Assembly (NCBI GenBank): GCA_021107635.1 | Contig: JAIOSL010000007.1 | Location: 36,188-100,187, forward strand | Length of the DNA stretch: 64,000 nt | Reading direction: 5' to 3' | DNA from: an archaeon | GTDB taxonomy: Archaea; B1Sed10-29; WALL01; JAGHAM01 | In this document: piece after piece, positions 18,188-26,443 of the stretch | Layout of the letters: the number at the start of each line of letters is the position of its first letter | Position numbering within the stretch: the first letter of the stretch is position 1 | Notes under the pieces: generated by a model | What the model was told of the DNA's origin: nothing | The model's input: only the letters and a program-made list of their open reading frames with translations | Database searches by the model: none | Program-made: the position numbers and the translations under genes

Positions 18188-19789
18188 ATGAATTTTGTTG
18201 TTGTTACAGGTGGCGTATTAAGTGGATTAGGAAAAGGAATAGTAACATCCTCACTAGGCAAAATCCTTCAATCAAAAGGGCATAAAATCGCGCCAATCAA
18301 ATTTGATGGTTATCTTAACGTTGACGCAGGAACCATGAACCCATACAGGCACGGAGAAGTATTCGTGCTTGAAGATGGCACAGAATGTGACATGGACCTA
18401 GGAAACTACGAACGCTTCCTTGGTGTCACAATGAACTATTATAATAATCCTACTGGTGGCAAAATCTTCAAGCTTGTCCTAGACAAAGAACGCAAAGGCG
18501 AGTATTTAGGTGCTGACGTCCAATTCATTCCGCATGTTACGGGCGAAATCAAAAACTGGGTTAAAAAAGTAGGCAAAGATGCAAAAGCAGACTTTGTGAT
18601 GATTGAAGTAGGCGGAACCGTCGGAGACATAGAAAACGCATACTTCATAGAAGCAATGCGTGAATTAGCCGTGGAAAAACCCGGCAAAGTAATGTTTATT
18701 CACGTCACACTAGTCCCAGTCTTGAAAGTAGTAGGCGAACAAAAAACAAAACCAACTCAACAATCAGTCAGAGAACTCCAACGATTAGGCGTTCAACCAA
18801 ACTTCATAGTCTGCAGATGCGAAAGACCAATAAAAAAAGAACAAAAGAAAAAAATAGCATTATTCTGCAACGTTCCAGAAGACCATGTTATTTCAGACCA
18901 CGACTGCAATTCAATATATGAAGTTCCATTCGTATTAGAAGAAAGCAAATTCGGAGACCAAGTGCTTGAATCTTTTGGAATAGAAACCACAAACAAAGAC
19001 CTGAAAGAATGGAGAGTACTTGTCCACAACATGATAAAACCAGAAAAAGAAATTACCGTAGGAATCACCGGTAAATACACAGCATTACGTGACTCTTACG
19101 TATCTATCGTAGAAGCGCTCACGCACTCAGGCGCACACGAAAAAACCAAGATTAACTTCAAGTGGATAGAAACCACTGAATTAACAGACGAAGAAGTAGC
19201 AGAAAAAATGAAAGACGTAGACGGCATAATAGTTCCTGGTGGGTTCGGAGCCAGAGGCACTGAAGGAAAAATAAAATGTATCACACAAGCCAGAAACAAC
19301 AATATTCCTTTCCTAGGATTATGCTATGGCATGCAACTAGCAGTCATCGATTATGCGCGCAACGTTTGCGGACTGGACAATGCAAATTCCACTGAAATCG
19401 ATCCGAAAACACCTTATCCCGTAATAGATATTCTTCCTGAACAATACAAGGTGGAAGGTCTTGGAGGAACAATGCGTTTAGGAGCATACGATGCGACTAT
19501 CAAGAAAGGCACTCAAGTTTACAATCTGTACGGAAAAGAGAATGTTAGCGAGAGGCACAGACACCGTTACGAAGTCAATCCGAAATACATTAAACAAATC
19601 GAGGAAAAAGGCTTGATCTTTTCCGGAGTTTCACCAAAGAGAACGCTAATGGAGTTTATTGAATTGCCTGGACATCCTTTCTTTATTGCTACTCAAGCAC
19701 ATCCCGAATTTCAATCTTATCTGGAAAAGCCTGCTCCGTTATTCCATGGTTTTGTTAAAGCCTGCATAAAACACCACCAAAAACACTAA
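18188..19789 (+). CDS. pyrG: CTP synthase
   Basis: TGGVLSGLGKG, KTKPTQ, GLCYGMQ, RHRHRYE and QAHPEF motifs. Confidence 0.98.
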   Translation: MNFVVVTGGVLSGLGKGIVTSSLGKILQSKGHKIAPIKFDGYLNVDAGTMNPYRHGEVFVLEDGTECDMDLGNYERFLGVTMNYYNNPTGGKIFKLVLDKERKGEYLGADVQFIPHVTGEIKNWVKKVGKDAKADFVMIEVGGTVGDIENAYFIEAMRELAVEKPGKVMFIHVTLVPVLKVVGEQKTKPTQQSVRELQRLGVQPNFIVCRCERPIKKEQKKKIALFCNVPEDHVISDHDCNSIYEVPFVLEESKFGDQVLESFGIETTNKDLKEWRVLVHNMIKPEKEITVGITGKYTALRDSYVSIVEALTHSGAHEKTKINFKWIETTELTDEEVAEKMKDVDGIIVPGGFGARGTEGKIKCITQARNNNIPFLGLCYGMQLAVIDYARNVCGLDNANSTEIDPKTPYPVIDILPEQYKVEGLGGTMRLGAYDATIKKGTQVYNLYGKENVSERHRHRYEVNPKYIKQIEEKGLIFSGVSPKRTLMEFIELPGHPFFIATQAHPEFQSYLEKPAPLFHGFVKACIKHHQKH

Positions 19790-19798
19790 GTTTTCAAC

Positions 19799-19828
19799 TC
19801 CCTCCTGAGGCTCTAGGGGTTCAACCCC
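19799..19828. repeat. Left copy of a composite repeat (unit A TCCCTCCTGAGGCTCT, unit B TCTAGGGGTTCAACCCC)
   Basis: Unit B is identical (17/17) to 20580-20596; unit A matches 20600-20615 at 15/16. Confidence 0.85.
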
Positions 19829-19885
19829 AGGTCATCTCCCTAAAATAAATATAATTATATACATGTTAGTTATATAAATATATCC

Positions 19886-20161
19886 ATGCAAACGTCTGTC
19901 ATAATTGAAAAGGTAGGACACTCTCCAACGCTGAACACTGTGATAATGATAGAACGCACAATAGAAAAAGCTGGCGAACCTCTCACACTCGCAGAACTCA
20001 AGCGGAAACTCCCAAGAAAAGTCATGCACTCCACACTATTAGCAGTGCTTGATTATCTCCAAGAAAGCGGGAAGATAATCATCACCACAAAAGGTGTTGT
20101 CTGGATTTTTGCTCCTAGGAAAGAAATCGAAGCGATGAAAAAGAGGGGCATACAACTATGA
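19886..20161 (+). CDS. Winged-helix DNA-binding protein, putative antitoxin or regulator
   Basis: HSPTLNTVIMIE...LKRKLPRKVMHSTLLAVLDYLQESGKI...GVVWI wHTH pattern; ATGA coupling to the next gene. Confidence 0.75.
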   Translation: MQTSVIIEKVGHSPTLNTVIMIERTIEKAGEPLTLAELKRKLPRKVMHSTLLAVLDYLQESGKIIITTKGVVWIFAPRKEIEAMKKRGIQL

Positions 20162-20526
20162 GGAGCATCCAAGTCTTCATAATAGATGAAGCCGAAGAAG
20201 AGTTCAAGCAATTAAACAAGCTGGTCGGCGAACAGCGAGAAAAAGACATCAAAAACTCTGAGGAAATCCAGTTGCTTAAATCGATAAAGAAAAAGAGGGA
20301 CATACTCAAACTAAATCCTGTTTATGGTGATAAGATTCCTCGTAAGTACTGGCCGAAAGAACTTGTCGGAAGATACCAGCTCACTAACTTATGGAGAGTA
20401 GAACTCACGAGCTATTGGAGAATGTTATACACCCTGAGAGGAGATAAACTAGAAGTGCTCTGTTTTGTTATCGAGATATTAGACCACAATCAATACAACC
20501 AGCTCTTCGGATACAAAAAGAAGTAG
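20158..20526 (+). CDS. RelE/ParE-superfamily-like protein, putative toxin
   Basis: LKLNPVYGDKI...NLWRVELTSYWRMLYTL...ILDHNQY pattern; small and basic; translationally coupled to the wHTH gene. Confidence 0.7.
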   Translation: MRSIQVFIIDEAEEEFKQLNKLVGEQREKDIKNSEEIQLLKSIKKKRDILKLNPVYGDKIPRKYWPKELVGRYQLTNLWRVELTSYWRMLYTLRGDKLEVLCFVIEILDHNQYNQLFGYKKK

Positions 20527-20533
20527 AACAAGC

Positions 20534-20557
20534 TTTCCGCGGAAATTTCCTAGGAAA
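20534..20557. repeat. Tandem palindromes TTTCC-NN-GGAAA x2
   Basis: Read directly: TTTCCGCGGAAA followed immediately by TTTCCTAGGAAA. Confidence 0.8.
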
Positions 20558-20579
20558 TGTATTGTGTGTGTCGTGGGGA

Positions 20580-20615
20580 TCTAGGGGTTCAACCCCTGTT
20601 CCCTCCCGAGGCTCT
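20580..20615. repeat. Right copy of the composite repeat (unit B, TGT, unit A; order permuted)
   Basis: TCTAGGGGTTCAACCCC-TGT-TCCCTCCCGAGGCTCT. Confidence 0.85.
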
Positions 20616-20696
20616 CAACCTTTGTTTATAGAACTCCAACTGCTTAGATTAAACTCTGTTGACAGATGCTCACAGAAGGTTCCAAAAGGGTGTTGT

Positions 20697-21428
20697 TCAT
20701 TTCAGGCTGATTCTCATGCCTTTGAAGAGACTCTTGAAATTCTTGTACGTTATCTTCTCGTAAACTTCTTTTGGCAGCTCAAGAGTTTCTAGTTCTGTCT
20801 TAGCTACAAGAGGATAGATGTATGGGGAATCTGAGCCAAACAACAGTTTGTCCGGTCCAGCTTCTTTTATTACTCTTTGCAAGCGGTAGTTGCTTAACAA
20901 GGAGGTGTCAATGTACATGTGCTCATATTTATTCACCAATCTCACGGCATGATGATAATAGCATGTTCCTGCATGGCCAATTATTATCGGGGCAGGGTAA
21001 TCCTTTAAAAGCTCGATATTTTTCACGTGAGTGTGTGGCCTGTGATCGGTATGGATTATCAGAGGAAGCGAATGTTTAGCTGTTTCCTTGAATATCTGGA
21101 GTGCTTTTTTCAAGTGATACTCTCTGGTGTGGATCTTTACTCCTTTGAGACCTAATTCGCGAAGTTCTTTTTCTTCTTGTTTCCAAGTTTTACTTAGCGG
21201 AGTCAGCCTTCCGAATCCAATAAACCTCTGAGGGTACTTTTTGCAGCACTCGTGTATGTAGTTATTCGCATTAGAAAAGTTGTAGTTCATCGCGTTGTGG
21301 CAAAAAGGGAAGACAATTGCTTTATTCACACCAGCAGTATCCATCTTCTCGATTAGTTCTTCGGCATTCTGGTTTTCTGCTATGATTCCACTTCTGCCGC
21401 CTATGTGAGTATGGCAATCAATAAGCAT
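20697..21428 (-). CDS. Amidohydrolase-family (TIM-barrel) metal-dependent hydrolase
   Basis: IDCHTH, GVKIH, IIHT, IGHAG, YIDTS and LFGSDSPY motifs; ATG 21428. Confidence 0.92.
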   Translation of the reverse strand: MLIDCHTHIGGRSGIIAENQNAEELIEKMDTAGVNKAIVFPFCHNAMNYNFSNANNYIHECCKKYPQRFIGFGRLTPLSKTWKQEEKELRELGLKGVKIHTREYHLKKALQIFKETAKHSLPLIIHTDHRPHTHVKNIELLKDYPAPIIIGHAGTCYYHHAVRLVNKYEHMYIDTSLLSNYRLQRVIKEAGPDKLLFGSDSPYIYPLVAKTELETLELPKEVYEKITYKNFKSLFKGMRISLK

Positions 21429-21432
21429 TTTT

Positions 21433-22767
21433 CTACATCTCCGAGTACACAAAAGTAGGAAGTATTGCTCCTCCCCCGTGAAGGTTAATGACGCTTTTTT
21501 CTGATGCTCGTGCTAGACATCCCTTGAAGCTGTTGTTAAAGACATGAGGGTTGATATTCATCTTTTTATCTTCGAAAACAATGCCATTCTTTTTAACTAC
21601 TGGCAGATCTATCTCATTTGGCTTCAAGTACTCTTGGGCTATCCAGTCTTCTCTTCCCACTGCTCTTTTTACTGCTGCATTCCATTTCTTACTAGGAGTA
21701 TCCAAACCAATCATGACGCCAGCTCCCCCGTATCCAGAGGACGGCTTCAAGACAAATTCATCCTTGTTTTCAAGCAAAAGTTTTTCCAGTTCATGCTCCC
21801 CTTCTTTATACTCTACTGTTTTCTCTGTGGTAGGGTAGGTCCACGGCAAGTGTTTACTTAAAAACTTTTTTTCTTTGGAGTTAAGAGAATTGTCAAAGTA
21901 TCCACTCCTAAGCAGCCATATTATCTTCTTGTTGTTGGGTACAATTGATTGAAAATTGTTTACAATGCATGTCTTCTTGCTTTTCACTGCTGCGAGGAAG
22001 TCTTTTACACTTGCCTTGTGATCCATTAGCTCTGAGACTATTGCTCTCTTGTATACAACATCTATTTCCTTGTTTTTGTACACGAGTTTTCCTGATTTGT
22101 GCTTCAGCTTTCGTGGATCTACTGTAAACGCGTCAAAACCTCTTTTTCTCAAGAAGGTTGCTGTTAACCATATATCACTTTCTATGGGCTCCCAGTCCAC
22201 CAATGCAATCGTGGGAAAGTCTTTCTCTTTCCCAAATTGAGTATAGCACTTTTTTATTTCTTCTGACAAGCTCGTAAGGAGTGAACTTTGCTCTAGCTTG
22301 TAGCTCTCGCTGACTTCTTCCAGAGTAGTCGTTTCCATGAACAGTTGTGCCGTTATGTTTGCGATGGCCATGCTACCTGGGCTATCGGTGTTGAATTCTA
22401 TGAACTTTGGCGTTCCATTCTCTATTATCAGGTCAAGGCGGGATATTGCAACTGGGTTATTGTATCCTGGGTCAATGTGTATAAAAGAAGAGAGAAAAGA
22501 ATCATATCCTAATAGCCTATGAAGTTTATCGTTTCTGGAGTTCTCTCTTGTAATTTTATTGAGTATACCAGCCATTTTCTCTGAAAGTTGTTTGATTTTT
22601 CTTTCCTGATACTTGCTCAGGAAACAAGGTTCAAAAAAGAAAGAATAAGGTTCTTTATTAATCAACAAATTGCTTCGTATGAATGCTTTTTTCATTTCTT
22701 CGATTTCTTGGATTACTCTTTCTTCGTTCTTTGCTACAATGCTCCTATAGTCATCTTCAATAGACAT
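21433..22767 (-). CDS. Circularly permuted ATP-grasp ligase (glutathionylspermidine synthase / CP-ATP-grasp type)
   Basis: N-terminal RLDL...FIEFNTDSPGS precedes VLKPSSGYGGAGVMIG and WIAQEY, which is the permuted order; C-terminal R...VINLHGGG. Confidence 0.88.
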   Translation of the reverse strand: MSIEDDYRSIVAKNEERVIQEIEEMKKAFIRSNLLINKEPYSFFFEPCFLSKYQERKIKQLSEKMAGILNKITRENSRNDKLHRLLGYDSFLSSFIHIDPGYNNPVAISRLDLIIENGTPKFIEFNTDSPGSMAIANITAQLFMETTTLEEVSESYKLEQSSLLTSLSEEIKKCYTQFGKEKDFPTIALVDWEPIESDIWLTATFLRKRGFDAFTVDPRKLKHKSGKLVYKNKEIDVVYKRAIVSELMDHKASVKDFLAAVKSKKTCIVNNFQSIVPNNKKIIWLLRSGYFDNSLNSKEKKFLSKHLPWTYPTTEKTVEYKEGEHELEKLLLENKDEFVLKPSSGYGGAGVMIGLDTPSKKWNAAVKRAVGREDWIAQEYLKPNEIDLPVVKKNGIVFEDKKMNINPHVFNNSFKGCLARASEKSVINLHGGGAILPTFVYSEM

Positions 22768-22778
22768 GTATCCACCTC

Positions 22779-24110
22779 TTACAGTTCTAATCCTTCAAGG
22801 AGTTCTGTGTAATCTATAGTTTCTTTCTTTGTTTTGTATGCCCAGTTTAAAGCTATCTCTGCTGCTTCTTTTTTCGAGAGTTCACTGTCTAGGTTAAAGC
22901 CTTTTCTTTTTGCTGAGGAGATTATCCTATCTGAAACCGTTTTCTTTTTCTTGATTAGTGATAAGAGAGGTTTCAGTGCTGGCATATACTCCTTGTGCAG
23001 AGATGGTTTTATGAACCTAAGAAACCTAGTTGTGTACTTCCTGATTTTTTTGCTGCTGAAGCCGTTGTAAGCAGATTCTCGTTGTAGGATGTTTCTTACA
23101 GTGGTGTGGGGAGGGATATATACTACGTTTCCCTCTCTTTTGAATGCTTCTTCAACTGTTATGTCGGCTGGAACTACTTTGTGGAAGTCTTGCTGTATTT
23201 CTCTAAAAAGGAATTTCAGCAGAATGCCTGCTCCAATCATGTACTGCGGGTAGTTTACGTCCATTCCTCTAAGTTCCAGTGTTCCAAGTTTGTTGATTCT
23301 TACAACATTCCAACACAAGTCAAGAGTGTGGGTTTTTTCCATAGTCTTTCCTGGATTTACTCCGGCTTTTTCGATTAACTTTTTTACTCTTTTTTCTCGC
23401 TTCCTTATAGAGTATATCAAGTCTTTTTCTGTTTGTTTGTAAGGGGGGAGGCCGCCTAAAAGCTGCTGGTTTCCATACATGCCTTTTGGGTAGTTTAGTT
23501 GCTTCCCTCCCCTATAATACAGGAGGCGCGAATCTTTAGCTAGGTTTCTGCCGTCGACAAAAGGAGAAGATTGGAGGAAAGAAGTAAGGATGGGATCAAC
23601 TGCTATTGCGACATTGTAACTGTGCATCATGCTCTCCTTTATCTTGGAGTGCTTCATCACTCTGAGGAATCCTTTCTTGTGGTCGAAAATTCCTCTTGGG
23701 AGGGTGTAGTGATAGTGAAACCCCGCGCACAAGAGAGCTTTTCTGAAACGATCTTTTCCAAATACTCTTTGTTGAATCAAATACCAGCGTTTTTTTCTCA
23801 TTGCCGGCTCGTATCTCATTGGATGTGTTGCGAAAGGGAAGACATACATATCCTTTTTTCCGGCTATTTCACAAACATGCTCCAGTGTATGCAGCAAGTC
23901 CGCTGAAGTGTTGTTCACATTTATTGAAGGGTATGATGTCAGTTCTATCCAGCTTTTGTTACATTCTGTCTTAACTCTATTTCTACCTAATTCTTTTCTA
24001 CATTCTTTGATTATTGGATCAACATTTTTTATTGGGATGCCATTGTTATCTAAAATGCAAAATTCAGCCTCGAATCCCGAAAGAGATTTCTTCAATCGTC
24101 GAACACTCAT
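22779..24110 (-). CDS. Glutamate-cysteine ligase family 2 (GCS2) / carboxylate-amine ligase
   Basis: GFEAEFCILD, TECNKSWIEL, AGFHYH, SSPF, DSR and TLELRGMD motifs. Confidence 0.85.
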   Translation of the reverse strand: MSVRRLKKSLSGFEAEFCILDNNGIPIKNVDPIIKECRKELGRNRVKTECNKSWIELTSYPSINVNNTSADLLHTLEHVCEIAGKKDMYVFPFATHPMRYEPAMRKKRWYLIQQRVFGKDRFRKALLCAGFHYHYTLPRGIFDHKKGFLRVMKHSKIKESMMHSYNVAIAVDPILTSFLQSSPFVDGRNLAKDSRLLYYRGGKQLNYPKGMYGNQQLLGGLPPYKQTEKDLIYSIRKREKRVKKLIEKAGVNPGKTMEKTHTLDLCWNVVRINKLGTLELRGMDVNYPQYMIGAGILLKFLFREIQQDFHKVVPADITVEEAFKREGNVVYIPPHTTVRNILQRESAYNGFSSKKIRKYTTRFLRFIKPSLHKEYMPALKPLLSLIKKKKTVSDRIISSAKRKGFNLDSELSKKEAAEIALNWAYKTKKETIDYTELLEGLEL

Positions 24111-24373
24111 ATTATTACAACTAGTTACTGTATCCTTGTGAACTCCTGTATTTAAAGCATGGATGTTTTCAAGGAGGGAAAAGATATGAGTTATGATGAA
24201 CTTTAAAAGTTATCTTTCCCTGTCTTCCAGTGACAATGGGTATGGATCTACATGTTTGGAGTCTAGGCCATCCCGAAATTTTAGTCTAAAACTAGTAAAG
24301 TTCCCTGATACGCTCCTGCGAAAAGCTTTAATTACTCCTCCCCCCAAATCAACCAACACGCGCAGGGAAAAAA

Positions 24374-26407
24374 ATGAAACTTATCATAGCAGAAAAACAA
24401 ATTGCCGCGAGAAGAATTGCCGAAATCCTCTCAAAAGGCAAAGCAACAACAATTCAAGAAAAAAGACTATCTATTTTTGACATAGGCAACGATACTCTAG
24501 TCGTACCACTAAGAGGACACATACTAAGCGTAGACTATCCAAAACAATACAATGACTGGAGAAGCACTAATCTACACTCACTAATCAAAGCACCCATCCA
24601 ATACACGCCCAGCGAAAAAGACATTGTTGCAGTACTACGTAAATATGCTCCAAAAACAAAAGAAGTGATAATAAGCACAGACTTTGATACTGAAGGAGAA
24701 TCAATAGGCAAAGAAGCAGTTGACATCCTACAAGAAAAAAACCCTAAAATCAAAGTAGCCAGGACAAGATTCAGTGCAATAACCACAGAAGAAGTAGACC
24801 ACGCATTCAACAACATATGTGAACTAGATTATAACCTTGCTGATTCAGCTGATGCAAGAAGAGAAATAGACCTATTATGGGGTGCAGTGCTCACACGGTT
24901 CGTTTCACTCTCATCAGGAAGACTAGGACACAAATTTTTGTCAGTAGGTAGAGTCCAAACACCTACACTAGCATTAATTGTTGACCTAGAACTTCAAAGA
25001 CAAGCATTCAAAAAAGAAGCCTACTGGATAATCTCAGCAATCTTTAACAAACAATTCAACTTTGAAGGCACTCATAAAGAAGGTAAATTCTGGAAAGAAG
25101 ACCAAGTCAAACAAATCTACGAAAAAATAAAAGACGAAAAACAAGGTACAGTCACCAAAGTCACAAAAAGTAAGAAAAACCTAAAACCGCCAGTTCCTTT
25201 CAACACTACTGGTTTCCTCCGCGCTGCAGCCAATCTTGGATTAAGTCCATCAAGAGCAATGTCAATAGCAGAAACTCTATATATGGCAGGATATGTTTCA
25301 TATCCTAGAACTGACAATACAGTATATCCTCCTTCACTAAATCTTAAAAAAATACTACAAAAATTTGAGAGTCACTCTGAATTCGGAGAACATGCCAAAA
25401 AAATACTCTCACGCGGCAAAATCACACCAACAAAAGGACCTAAAAAAGCAACGGATCACCCTCCAATTACTCCGATGGAACCAACAACAAAAAGCAGGCT
25501 GGATGCACAACAATGGAAAATCTACGAACTAATAGTGCGCAGGTTCTTTGCCACGCTATCACCGAAATGCGAGCTTAATGTTGTTAAAGTAGAAATAGAT
25601 GTCAAACAAGAACTATTCATATGTAACGGTCAAACCTTAATAGAGCCAGGCTGGAAAGAAGTTTATCCTTATTCTACAGTCAAAGAAGTCCGATTACCTG
25701 AACTTGAAAAAGGAGAAAAAATAGAGATAAAACAGCTCACACTTACTGAAAAAGAAACTAAACCTCCAGCACGATACACACCAGCAGCACTAATCAAAAA
25801 AATGGAGGACCTTGGACTAGGCACTAAAAGTACGCGACCGGAAATCATCAAAAAACTACAATATCGTGCATACATACAAGGAACAAAAAACTATGAACCA
25901 ACCAAGATTGCATTCGCATTAATTGAAGCGTTAAAAAAGCATGCTTCAGACATCACCGATCCAAACATGACCGCAGAACTAGAAAAAGACATGGAAAAAG
26001 TACAAGGAGGAAAAAAGAAAAAACAACAACTCGTCCAATCCTCCCAAACAATGCTTTCCACAGTCCTAGATAAACTATCCTCAAAAAATCAAGAAATAGG
26101 TAACTCGCTCAGAGAAGCAGCAGGACAAACTGATACACTAGCAAGATGTGAATGTGGCGGAGACCTTCGCATAATTCGCTCACGCAAAACAGGAAAACGG
26201 TTCGTAGGATGCACAAACTACGCTAAAGGCTGCAGACATTCATTTCCACTACCCCAAAAAGGTACAGTAACGCAAACAGATAAAATCTGTCCACACTGTG
26301 GTTCTCCAGTAATAAAAGTACGCTTACGGAGAGTCTTTGAAATGTGTCTAGATCCACACTGTGAAACTAAAAAAGACTGGGGCAAAAAAAAGAAAAGCAA
26401 GCAGTAA
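24374..26407 (+). CDS. topA: DNA topoisomerase IA
   Basis: IIAEK, TDFDTEGE, SVGRVQTP, catalytic SYPRTD, GLGTKSTR and C-terminal Zn ribbons. Confidence 0.97.
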   Translation: MKLIIAEKQIAARRIAEILSKGKATTIQEKRLSIFDIGNDTLVVPLRGHILSVDYPKQYNDWRSTNLHSLIKAPIQYTPSEKDIVAVLRKYAPKTKEVIISTDFDTEGESIGKEAVDILQEKNPKIKVARTRFSAITTEEVDHAFNNICELDYNLADSADARREIDLLWGAVLTRFVSLSSGRLGHKFLSVGRVQTPTLALIVDLELQRQAFKKEAYWIISAIFNKQFNFEGTHKEGKFWKEDQVKQIYEKIKDEKQGTVTKVTKSKKNLKPPVPFNTTGFLRAAANLGLSPSRAMSIAETLYMAGYVSYPRTDNTVYPPSLNLKKILQKFESHSEFGEHAKKILSRGKITPTKGPKKATDHPPITPMEPTTKSRLDAQQWKIYELIVRRFFATLSPKCELNVVKVEIDVKQELFICNGQTLIEPGWKEVYPYSTVKEVRLPELEKGEKIEIKQLTLTEKETKPPARYTPAALIKKMEDLGLGTKSTRPEIIKKLQYRAYIQGTKNYEPTKIAFALIEALKKHASDITDPNMTAELEKDMEKVQGGKKKKQQLVQSSQTMLSTVLDKLSSKNQEIGNSLREAAGQTDTLARCECGGDLRIIRSRKTGKRFVGCTNYAKGCRHSFPLPQKGTVTQTDKICPHCGSPVIKVRLRRVFEMCLDPHCETKKDWGKKKKSKQ

Positions 26408-26443
26408 TTTTAAATATCTAAAAGATTCCAATATACGATTACA

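Noticed and set aside
19812-20596. GGGGTTCAACCCC as a tRNA T-arm att site or a CRISPR repeat
   Set aside because: The loop is too short for a T-arm and no cloverleaf surrounds it; only two copies about 770 nt apart and no cas genes.
24193-24480. 95-aa ORF, or a C/D box sRNA (ATGATGA ... CTGA)
   Set aside because: The ORF overlaps topA out of frame and looks non-protein-like; the C and D boxes are over 100 nt apart, too far for a typical archaeal sRNA.
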